This document shows, in pieces, positions 26,673 to 35,150 of a DNA stretch of 36,859 nt. The position numbers and the translations under genes are program-made. The notes beneath the pieces were generated by a model. The model was given only the letters and a program-made list of their open reading frames with translations. It searched no databases and was not told the DNA's origin. The first letter of the stretch is position 1, and every line of letters starts with the position of its first letter. Origin of the DNA: a virus. Taxonomy: Duplodnaviria; Caudoviricetes. The DNA is taken from IMG/VR virus record IMGVR_UViG_3300005512_000118, positions 1-36,859 of that record. One strand, 5' to 3'.

Positions 26673-27029
26673 AAAATCTTATTACGGAACTAAGAATATC
26701 TCAGAACATAAAATTAGTCAAGAACCATCTGCTACACAAATACACAAATACAGAGTTTTCTATTTTACTTAGAAATAAAAATATTTTTTTTTTTTACATA
26801 ATCAATTTTATAAGTGTATTTCTGTAATTGTGTATCAGGAAATTTTTAGTTCTTTTTTTTCAAAGGCTTACAGACGAAGACCCTTGATACAAATTTGATA
26901 CAGAGAGATTTTGCCAAAACAGGCCAAAACCCTACAGCCCGCGCCAGCCGTGGGATACAGAGCATCCCCCTCTGCTACACATTTTTCCTGACTTTCCTGA
27001 CATCAATAACTTACGAAGGATTTAGAGAA

Positions 27030-27057
27030 TTTACTTTAACTAGAAATATGCTATACT
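27030..27057 (+). promoter_or_regulatory. Putative sigma-70 promoter (TTTACT-N16-TATACT, TGn extended -10)
   Basis: Upstream of the first rightward gene at 27092. Confidence 0.5.
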
Positions 27058-27091
27058 TTAGACTTAAATCCTAAACAAAAGTGAAACAAAA

Positions 27092-27418
27092 ATGAAATAT
27101 TACACTAATGCTACAGTTTGTGACAGAAATATTACAGGTCGAGTTCGGTTTTTTGATCGTAGAAATACAGAGAAAAATGTCAGTTTTGATCCTAATAAAA
27201 CCAAGGTTGTTATTCGAATTTCCTCAGAATCTACCGCGGAAGTTTTCTATATTAAGGAGGTCTTGACAAATACTTTCCCCCATTTAACCATATTCACTTT
27301 GAAATCTGATTACACAGCTATGAATATAATCCCTAAAGAAGGTGTAGGGAAGTCTGATAATTTTATGTTAATGCGAATACTTACAACTATGGTTAAGAAA
27401 CTTATCCACAGGGCTTGA
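27092..27418 (+). CDS. Hypothetical protein
   Basis: 108-aa ORF after a promoter-like element; no family recognised. Confidence 0.6.
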   Translation: MKYYTNATVCDRNITGRVRFFDRRNTEKNVSFDPNKTKVVIRISSESTAEVFYIKEVLTNTFPHLTIFTLKSDYTAMNIIPKEGVGKSDNFMLMRILTTMVKKLIHRA

Positions 27419-27443
27419 TTACCCCCACATATATAAGTATACT
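27415..27443 (+). promoter_or_regulatory. Sigma-70-type promoter TTGATT-N17-TATACT for the repeat-protein operon
   Basis: Near-consensus hexamers, 17-bp spacer, followed by AGGAGG RBS and the ATG at 27470. Confidence 0.7.
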
Positions 27444-27469
27444 TAATTACCCTATATAGGAGGCAGAAA

Positions 27470-29083
27470 ATGACTAGCTTACAATACGTCGAACATCAAA
27501 CACTAGAAATGTGTGATGAAGCTCTGAGAGAGGACGGACTAGAGTTACGCCTTGTAAGGAACCAAACACCTGAGCTGTGTATGATAGCCGTTAAAGAAAA
27601 CCCCAGAGCTTTACAATACGTAAAAGACCAAACGCCTGATATCTGCCTTGCTGCCGTTATTAGAGACGGGCTAACTTTAAGACACGTAAAAGAGCAGACA
27701 CTAGAGTTATGTAATGCTGCTGTAACACAAGATGGTCATGCCCTACAATACGTAAAACACCAAACTCCTGAGATATGTAAGGCTGCCGTAGAAAAGAATG
27801 TGTTAGCACTACAATACGTAAAACACCAAACTACTTACATAATTAGTATGGCGATTGACCAAGATCCTCTATCACTACGGTTCGTTAAAGACCAAACACC
27901 TGAGTTATGTATACAGGTTGTTAAAAAGTGTCCCCCTGCACTACAATACGTAAAAAACCAAACACCTGAGATATGTAAGTCGGCTATTAAAAATAATCCC
28001 CAAACACTATACTACGTAAAAGAACAGACCCCAGAGTTGTGTAGATATGCGGTTGAGCAGGACGGATATGCCCTACGGTTCGTTAAACCCCAAACACCTG
28101 AGATATGTAAGGCTGCTGTAGAAAAGAATGCGTTAGCACTACAATACGTAAAACACCAAACACCTGAGATATGTATGGCTGCTGTAGAAAAGAATGCGTT
28201 AGCACTACAATACGTAAAACACCAAACACCTGAGATATGTATGGCTGCTGTTATGAAAGAGGGCAAGGCTTTAAGGCACGTTAAAGATCAAACCCCTTAC
28301 ATAATTCGTCTCGCACTTAAGCAAGATCCCCGCGCACTACGATGGGTTAAAAACCAAACACCTGAGATATGTATGGCGGCTGTTAAACAAGACGGACTGG
28401 CTTTAGAATTAGTAGATGAACAAACCCCTGAGATATGTAAGGCTGCCGTTGAACAGAAGGCGGGAGCATTATACTACGTTAAAGACCAAACTTTTGAGTT
28501 ATGTAAGCTTGCGATTGAGCTGGATGGTGGAAATCTATTGTGCATTAGAAACCAAACCCCAGAGATATGCAAGGCCGCTGTAGAGGACTACGGGGATTAT
28601 CTACAATTCGTTAGAAACCAAACCCCTGAGATATGTAAGGCTGCTGTTGAGCAGTACGGATATGCCCTACGGCTCGTTAAAGACCAAAACCGAGAGATAT
28701 GTAAGGCTGCGGTTGAACAGAATGGTTCGGCACTACAATTCGTAAAAGAACAAACTCCTGAAATATGCAATGCTGCCGTTAGTAACAACCCCAGTGCACT
28801 ACAACACGTAAAACACCAAACCCCTGAAATATGTAAGGCTGCTGTAGAACAGGACGGATATGCTTTAAAATATGTAAAACACCAAACCCCTGAAATATGT
28901 AAGGCTGCTGTAGAACAGGACGGATATGCCCTACAATTCGTAGAACACCAAACACTAGAAATATGTAGAGAAGCAGCAAAGCATGACCCCATATCGCTAC
29001 GTTTCGTAAAAGATATATCTATCTTAGATGGGGACAAAGAGTTAAGGTTGATGGCTGGCCTAGTAAAAAAACATTACTATTAA
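27470..29083 (+). CDS. DUF4116-like 22-aa repeat protein (23 repeats)
   Basis: 9 + 23x22 + 22 = 537 aa with no indels; AGGAGG RBS. Confidence 0.92.
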   Translation: MTSLQYVEHQTLEMCDEALREDGLELRLVRNQTPELCMIAVKENPRALQYVKDQTPDICLAAVIRDGLTLRHVKEQTLELCNAAVTQDGHALQYVKHQTPEICKAAVEKNVLALQYVKHQTTYIISMAIDQDPLSLRFVKDQTPELCIQVVKKCPPALQYVKNQTPEICKSAIKNNPQTLYYVKEQTPELCRYAVEQDGYALRFVKPQTPEICKAAVEKNALALQYVKHQTPEICMAAVEKNALALQYVKHQTPEICMAAVMKEGKALRHVKDQTPYIIRLALKQDPRALRWVKNQTPEICMAAVKQDGLALELVDEQTPEICKAAVEQKAGALYYVKDQTFELCKLAIELDGGNLLCIRNQTPEICKAAVEDYGDYLQFVRNQTPEICKAAVEQYGYALRLVKDQNREICKAAVEQNGSALQFVKEQTPEICNAAVSNNPSALQHVKHQTPEICKAAVEQDGYALKYVKHQTPEICKAAVEQDGYALQFVEHQTLEICREAAKHDPISLRFVKDISILDGDKELRLMAGLVKKHYY

Positions 29084-29098
29084 TTAAACCACAGGTGA

Positions 29099-29731
29099 AT
29101 GAAAATGACAAGTTTAGCATACGTTAGAGACCAAACCCCTGAAATATGTAAGGCTGCTGTAGAACAGGACGGATATGCTTTAAAATATGTAGAAGACCAA
29201 ACCCCTGAAATATGTAAGGCTGCTGTAGAACAGGACGGATATGCTTTAAAATATGTAGAAGACCAAACCCCTGAAATATGTAAGGCTGCTGTGAAAGAGT
29301 TTGCGCACGCCCTACAATTTGTTAAAGATCAAACCCCAGAAATATGCAATGCTGCCGTTAGTAACAACCCCAGTGCACTACAACACGTAAAACACCAAAC
29401 CCCTGAAATATGTAAGGCTGCTGTAGAACAGGACGGATATGCTTTAAAATATGTAAAACACCAAACCCCTGAAATATGTAAGGCTGCTGTAGAACAGGAC
29501 GGATATGCCCTACAATTCGTAAAAGACCAAACCCCTGAAATATGTAAGGCTGCTGTAGAACAGGACGGATATGCCCTACAATTCGTAAAAGACCAAACAC
29601 TAGAAATATGTAGGGTAGCAGCAAAAGAGAACCCCTCATCGCTACGTTTCGTAGAAGACCTATCTATCTTAGATGAGGACAAAGAGTTAAGGTTGATGGC
29701 TAACGTAGTAAAAAACATTACTATTAATTAA
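29099..29731 (+). CDS. DUF4116-like 22-aa repeat protein (8 repeats)
   Basis: 11 + 8x22 + 23 = 210 aa; several exact 66-bp tandem units. Confidence 0.9.
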   Translation: MKMTSLAYVRDQTPEICKAAVEQDGYALKYVEDQTPEICKAAVEQDGYALKYVEDQTPEICKAAVKEFAHALQFVKDQTPEICNAAVSNNPSALQHVKHQTPEICKAAVEQDGYALKYVKHQTPEICKAAVEQDGYALQFVKDQTPEICKAAVEQDGYALQFVKDQTLEICRVAAKENPSSLRFVEDLSILDEDKELRLMANVVKNITIN

Positions 29732-29742
29732 ACCACAGGTGA

Positions 29743-29961
29743 ATGAAAATGAGAAATAAAACCTACCAAGTTAGAAGTTATAATAATGAAGTACGTGTAG
29801 ATACACCATGTATAGAGCACGCCATTAGTTTATTGGAGGACTTGCAAGAGGGCGTAGTTTACCTCGGAGACTTAGTAACAATAACATGTCATGATGGTGC
29901 CACCTCCCTAGAGATAGTGCATTCATCAAAGTATGACCCCGATGAGTACGAAAACCTATAG
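29743..29961 (+). CDS. Hypothetical protein
   Basis: 72-aa ORF using the duplicated CAGGTGAATGAAAATG start region. Confidence 0.6.
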   Translation: MKMRNKTYQVRSYNNEVRVDTPCIEHAISLLEDLQEGVVYLGDLVTITCHDGATSLEIVHSSKYDPDEYENL

Positions 29962-29972
29962 AGGTATAGAAT

Positions 29973-30299
29973 ATGACTTACCCATACATGAGAGCCCTCC
30001 ATGAGAATATGATCTTATTCTTAAATAAAGAAGGGTTAGACGACTGCGACATATGGTCAGGAGATATGAGTAAAGAAGAACAATTAGATAACTTCGGTAT
30101 TTATCTCGGTGAAGGGAGAGTTACAGTTAATGGGGGTACTGGAATAATATCATTAAGTAAAGAACTTCCCAGTGGACACGGACACGGTGTTGTCAGAGGC
30201 ATCTTATCTTTCCAGACCAATACACCACCTGCATGGGATAAGGAAGACGATAGTCAGTTCGTACAATTTTGTAAGGACAAAGGAATAGAACTATTATAA
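29973..30299 (+). CDS. Hypothetical protein
   Basis: 108-aa ORF with GAGGT RBS. Confidence 0.65.
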   Translation: MTYPYMRALHENMILFLNKEGLDDCDIWSGDMSKEEQLDNFGIYLGEGRVTVNGGTGIISLSKELPSGHGHGVVRGILSFQTNTPPAWDKEDDSQFVQFCKDKGIELL

Positions 30300-30390
30300 C
30301 ACGGAGACAAGGAAGTCCCCCCTAAGTTACATAAAGTAGAATTCTACCCCACACAGTAACTAATTAAGACCATAAACTGCGCCGCATAAT

Positions 30391-30464
30391 TATGCAATCA
30401 ACGCCACTTTTATGCGCCAAAATATGCAATCAACGCCACTTTTATGCGCCAAAATATGCAATCA
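30391..30464. repeat. 32-bp tandem repeat, two copies plus a partial third (TATGCAATCAACGCCACTTTTATGCGCCAAAA)
   Basis: Exact copies at 30391-30422 and 30423-30454; partial copy at 30455-30464. Confidence 0.92.
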
Positions 30465-31150
30465 CTGCATAACTATGCATAAGATAATCCAAGGATATAT
30501 GTTAGAATACCCCCACTTATTGTACAACTTAGAGACTGTATACTTAAATTACAACATAACTACCTAAAATACTTTATGCATAGACCCCGAATTTTATGCA
30601 ATAAATACGACAAATATAGATGTTTTATGCACTAAGGACTGCATAATTATGCACTCAATATCAGCTAAAATCCTCCCCCACTAAGCGCCTGAATCCTCTG
30701 GAACCCGCACCACCCGTGGCCTCAGCCCTTAGTCCACCCTCCCTCGTCCCAGTTTCCAAACCGCCTAAGACCTACGCATATTTATGCATAGCCCTAAGTC
30801 CTCAGTAACCGCCCTGTAAGGCTCTCTAAGGCGTTATTCCTAAGTCCTTGGGGTCTTGGGTTATGGTTGGGAGGTACGTGGTGCTTAGGACGAGGGGCTA
30901 AGGGGCTTGGTATGGTAGGTCGTAGGGCTTGGGTCTTGGGGGGTTGGGGTAACCTAAATTGAAGTGGGGGTTGTTGTTATAGGGTTGGGCAAATTCCCTA
31001 AGGAGCTATTCAAGCTCTCTTACATATATGTCACATAATATATACAAATATTAATTTTTAAGAAATATTGGCTCTTGACCTAGAAATATAAAGAATTGTA
31101 GGCTATAATTATCTATACAAATCCACCCCAAACCCCGAACAGGTTAAAAT

Positions 31151-31372
31151 ATGAACTATTTAAAAGTACCACCCAAGCCCCTAGACCTTAGAACGGAGTC
31201 CGGAGAATGGATGAGTAAGCCCCAAATGGATGAGGTACTAGATAATTGTGACTACCCGCTCTATCTTGTATCACAGAGCGATTTTGTTACCCGCCGTTGT
31301 TATGAAAAGTTCTTAGAGGTCTATGGAGCCTCTATATTAGAAACACTCACCGAAAGAGCGAAGTCAATTTAG
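31151..31372 (+). CDS. Hypothetical protein upstream of terS
   Basis: 73-aa ORF with AGGT RBS; first gene of the late operon. Confidence 0.6.
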   Translation: MNYLKVPPKPLDLRTESGEWMSKPQMDEVLDNCDYPLYLVSQSDFVTRRCYEKFLEVYGASILETLTERAKSI

Positions 31373-31383
31373 GAGTTAATCAC

Positions 31384-31761
31384 ATGGCAACTAAACCAGC
31401 CAAAGTTAAGCTTGATGGTACCGCGAAGGGCAATGTAGCCGAGTTATTGAAGTCTCAAGATAATTCGGGTTTAAATCCGCATGAGATTTTACTTAAAGCT
31501 GCTAGGGGGGAGCCTTTTAGGGTTCGCACTTTAGTTATTGTTCGGGCTAAGTCCACAGACCCTGAGATCAAAGATAAGGAGTTGCGTAGGTATTGGGATG
31601 AGCATGATTATTACCCCACTTATGCGGAGCAGATAGAGGCTGCTAAACAGGCTGCCCCGTACTTTGCGCCTAAGCTTGCTGCCCAGACTGTTAGGACTGA
31701 GGACTCAGGCAAAGAGGCGATTGCTGAAGCGTTGAAGCAGATTTCTGAAGCGTTGCCTTAG
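31384..31761 (+). CDS. terS: Terminase small subunit (putative)
   Basis: Directly upstream of terL; PHEILL..ARGE...IEAAKQAAPYFAPKL pattern; AGGAG RBS. Confidence 0.72.
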   Translation: MATKPAKVKLDGTAKGNVAELLKSQDNSGLNPHEILLKAARGEPFRVRTLVIVRAKSTDPEIKDKELRRYWDEHDYYPTYAEQIEAAKQAAPYFAPKLAAQTVRTEDSGKEAIAEALKQISEALP

Positions 31762-31765
31762 CGTT

Positions 31766-33091
31766 ATGAGTTTTTTAACTAAGGAGTGTGTGGCTAGGTG
31801 GTATCCACTAAAACCGCATGAAAAACAGCAGGCTTTGATTGATTCCACCACTCGATTTAATGTGGTTGCCTGTGGTAGACGTAGCGGTAAATCGGAGATT
31901 GCTAAGCGGTTTATTGCTAAGAAGATGATGGAGAACCCCAACGCCAAGTACTTCATAGGTGGTCCGACCCGTGAGCAGTTGAGGTCGGTTTGGTGGGAGG
32001 ATATGCAGCGTTTAACCATGGCTAAGATTTTTGGTGAGAGGGCTATTAATAACTCTAGGTTGACAATAACGTTACCTAACGGGGCTATGTTAGCGTTGGT
32101 TTCGTTGAGTAAACCGGAGCGGATTGAGGGAACAGATTGGTGGGGTGGTGTGGTTGATGAGTGTGCGGATATTCCAGAACATGCATGGGATGCGCATATA
32201 TTTCCCGCTTTAGGTACTTACAATCCCACTCGACCTGATTATAGGGCGTGGTGTTGGTTGGTTGGTACTCCTGATGGGTTGAATCATTTCTATGATAGGG
32301 CGATGGAAGCTCAGCAGCCTGAGAATACTGACTGGTCTTTCCACACTTGGAAGTCGGCTGAGATTATGCCCCCTGAAGAAGTTGAGAAGTATAAGAAAAT
32401 ATATTCACCTATGCAGTTTAGACAGGAGTTTGAGGCTGCTTTTGAGGATGCTGGCGGTAAGCTTTACTACGATTATGGTAAGGATAATTGGACGACTGAA
32501 ACGATTCAGCCAAATGAGCAGCTACTGTGGTTTCATGACTTCAACTTTACGCCATTAAGTTCAGGAATTGGTGTTATTCGGGGTTCTGATAACCTTATGA
32601 TACTAGACGAAATAGTCCTAGAATCTGCTGTTGCTAGGCAGTCGGCTGAAGAATTTGTTGAAAGGTTTACAGAACATAAAAATCGGACTATCTTGTTATA
32701 CGGAGACCCCGCAGGCCGAGCAGGGGAAAAGCACGGTCATCAGTCAGACTATACGGAAATGGAACGTGTTTTAAGGAATAATGGTTGGGAGGTAATACGC
32801 CAAGTCAAGGCTAAAGCCCCAGCCATTATTGATAGGCAAAACGCAGTAAGGGCAAAGATTTGTAATGCAAGTGGTGCTAGGTCTTTGTTTGTTAATCCTG
32901 AAAAAGCTAAATATTGTGATAAAGGATTGGCGACAGTTCAGACCAAAGAAGGCTCTACATTTTTAGAAAAAGATTCAGATTATCAACATATTACTACGGC
33001 CATAGGTTATTGTGTAGATTATATTTGGCCGACAAGAACAGATAGGAAGACGCATAACGCGAACCCAGAACCCACACTAAACTATTATTAG
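31766..33091 (+). CDS. terL: Terminase large subunit
   Basis: ACGRRSGKS Walker A, VVDE Walker B, GTP coupling motif, FRQEFEA, nuclease HDFN and YGDPAG. Confidence 0.95.
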   Translation: MSFLTKECVARWYPLKPHEKQQALIDSTTRFNVVACGRRSGKSEIAKRFIAKKMMENPNAKYFIGGPTREQLRSVWWEDMQRLTMAKIFGERAINNSRLTITLPNGAMLALVSLSKPERIEGTDWWGGVVDECADIPEHAWDAHIFPALGTYNPTRPDYRAWCWLVGTPDGLNHFYDRAMEAQQPENTDWSFHTWKSAEIMPPEEVEKYKKIYSPMQFRQEFEAAFEDAGGKLYYDYGKDNWTTETIQPNEQLLWFHDFNFTPLSSGIGVIRGSDNLMILDEIVLESAVARQSAEEFVERFTEHKNRTILLYGDPAGRAGEKHGHQSDYTEMERVLRNNGWEVIRQVKAKAPAIIDRQNAVRAKICNASGARSLFVNPEKAKYCDKGLATVQTKEGSTFLEKDSDYQHITTAIGYCVDYIWPTRTDRKTHNANPEPTLNYY

Positions 33092-33098
33092 AGACGGT

Positions 33099-35150
33099 AT
33101 GCCTAGAAAGACAAAGACCGAAGTCCTAAGAGCTAAGCACGAAGACGCCTTGATTGAGTTCGATTCAATTCAGGGCGCTTTGCGTGATGAGCGCCTACAA
33201 TGCCTAGAAGATAGACGATTCTATTCGATAGCTGGCGCCCAGTGGGAGGGTGATTTGGGCGATCAGTTCGAAAATAAGCCTAAAATGGAAGTTAATAAGA
33301 TACATCTGTCCATTATTCGTATAATTAACGAGTATAGGAACAATCGTATCACAGTCGACTTTGTAAGTAAAGACGGAACGGAAGATGATTCTTTGGCGAG
33401 TACTTGTGATGGGCTTTATCGTTCGGATGAGCAGGATTCATCGGCCGAAGAAGCGTATGACAATGCTTTTGAAGAAGCTGTAGGCGGGGGATTCGGGGCT
33501 TGGCGCCTAAGGACTGAGTACGAAGACGAAGAAGACCCCGAGGATGATAGACAGAGAATTCGCATAGAGCCTATTTATGACGCTGATTCTTCTGTGTTCT
33601 TCGACCTTGGGGCTAAGCGCCAAGACAAGGCAGATGCGACCCGTTGTTACGTGTTGACTTCAATGACTCCAGAGGCGTATAGAGAGGAGTTTGATGAAGA
33701 CCCCGCTACGTGGCCTAAAGAAATTCACCAATACGAATTTGATTGGGCTACCCCAGATGTAGTTTTTGTTGCAGAATTGTATGAAAAAGAGCAGGTTAAA
33801 GAGAATATATACATTTGGAGAATGTTGGACGGGAGTGAAGAAAGATTTACAGAGGATGAGCTAGAAGAACAGTTTGAAAGATTAACCGCTACTGGTGCTC
33901 AGCAGGTTAGAATTAAAAAAATTAAGTCCACTAAGATTAGAAAATACATCATGTCAGGAAGCCGCATTTTAGAGGATTGTGGCTACATTTCAGGTAAGTG
34001 CATCCCCATAGTACCCGTCTATGGGAAACGTTGGTATATCGACAACGTAGAGCGTTGCATGGGGCATGTACGGTTGAGTAGAGATGCTCAACGCTTAAAA
34101 AATATGCAGTTGAGTAAGTTGGCTGAAATTTCTGCCCTTTCCACAGTTGAAAAGCCTGTATTTACGGCAGAGCAAATTGTTGGCCATGAAGTGATGTGGA
34201 AAGAAGATAATATTAAGAATTACCCATACTTACTGATTAATCCGGTAATGGATCAAAACGGTCAAGAGATTTTAAGTGCTCCCGTTGCGTACACTAAACC
34301 ACCTGTTGTACCTTCTGCTATGGCTGCTCTATTGCAGATAACAGAAGAAGATATGTCTGATATATTGGGCAATCAGCAGAATGGCGAAATGATAAACGGT
34401 AACGTGTCTACTGAAACAGCTACACTTGTTCAGAATAGACTTGACATGCAGACTTATATTTACATGTCTAACATGTCTAAAGCCATGCGCAGGTGTGGTG
34501 AGATTTGGTTATCAATGGCTAGAGATGTTTTCGTTGAAGAAGGAAGACGTTTAAAATCAACAGGATTGGAAGGTGAGATATCCCCAGTAGAGATACTAAA
34601 GCCTGTGGTTGGTGATGACGGTGAGATACGATATGACAATGATTTAGGTAAGGCTAAATTTGATGTTGTAGCACAAGTCGGACCATCTAGTAGTACCAAA
34701 AAAGCCTCTACTGTCAGAGCCTTAACTAACATGATACAGTTTTCTGATGACCCCGAAACACGACAAGTTTTGAGCTCTATGGCTCTGTTAAATATGGAAG
34801 GTGAAGGCATAACTGACGTCAAGAGGTACTTCCGACAGAAATTAATTAAGATGGGTGTAGTTACACCAACAGAATTAGAGGCTCGCCAGCTCCAGAAGGA
34901 GTTAGAGAATGCTAAACCTGATGCACAAGAGCAGTACCTACAGGCTGCTGCGCAGAAAGAACTTGCGGAGGCAGCAGAGAAACAGGCTAACACCATATAC
35001 AAACAAGCTCAAGCGGATAAGGCGCGCGCAGAGACAGCTGAAACGCTTGTAGACATTGGAGATAAGAAGCAGGACAGAGCAGTAAGGGCGATAGAGTCAT
35101 TGGGCGAAAGAGTTTCCCCACCATCGTTCCCAAGCTCTCCTGTAGAGTAG
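33099..35150 (+). CDS. Portal protein, P22 gp1-like
   Basis: 683 aa; EDRRFY...GAQW, GGFGAWRL, IPIVPVYG and DAQRLKN motifs; C-terminal coiled-coil barrel. Confidence 0.93.
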   Translation: MPRKTKTEVLRAKHEDALIEFDSIQGALRDERLQCLEDRRFYSIAGAQWEGDLGDQFENKPKMEVNKIHLSIIRIINEYRNNRITVDFVSKDGTEDDSLASTCDGLYRSDEQDSSAEEAYDNAFEEAVGGGFGAWRLRTEYEDEEDPEDDRQRIRIEPIYDADSSVFFDLGAKRQDKADATRCYVLTSMTPEAYREEFDEDPATWPKEIHQYEFDWATPDVVFVAELYEKEQVKENIYIWRMLDGSEERFTEDELEEQFERLTATGAQQVRIKKIKSTKIRKYIMSGSRILEDCGYISGKCIPIVPVYGKRWYIDNVERCMGHVRLSRDAQRLKNMQLSKLAEISALSTVEKPVFTAEQIVGHEVMWKEDNIKNYPYLLINPVMDQNGQEILSAPVAYTKPPVVPSAMAALLQITEEDMSDILGNQQNGEMINGNVSTETATLVQNRLDMQTYIYMSNMSKAMRRCGEIWLSMARDVFVEEGRRLKSTGLEGEISPVEILKPVVGDDGEIRYDNDLGKAKFDVVAQVGPSSSTKKASTVRALTNMIQFSDDPETRQVLSSMALLNMEGEGITDVKRYFRQKLIKMGVVTPTELEARQLQKELENAKPDAQEQYLQAAAQKELAEAAEKQANTIYKQAQADKARAETAETLVDIGDKKQDRAVRAIESLGERVSPPSFPSSPVE

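Noticed and set aside
28012-29718. Antisense ORFs over the repeat genes (28012..28266, 28597..29037, 28779..28979, 29329..29718, 29358..29639) and the similar 23269..23478
   Set aside because: Shadow frames kept open by the 66-bp periodicity; no independent evidence of expression.
27470-29752. Diversity-generating retroelement (TR/VR pair)
   Set aside because: No reverse transcriptase is present, both copies are coding, and the differences are not confined to adenines.
30303-30322. GGAGAC-AAGGAA-GTCCCC hairpin as a terminator
   Set aside because: The stem is short and mismatched with no U-tract; it cannot be supported as a terminator.
30846-30990. Eukaryotic telomere-like repeats (TTAGG/TTGGG)
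   Set aside because: Degenerate, internal and part of the phage's own heptamer family; no perfect telomeric array.
31075-31109. TTGACC...TATAAT as a sigma-70 late promoter
   Set aside because: The spacing is 23 bp, and the hexamer at 17-bp spacing (TAGAAA) is a weak match, so it was left uncalled.
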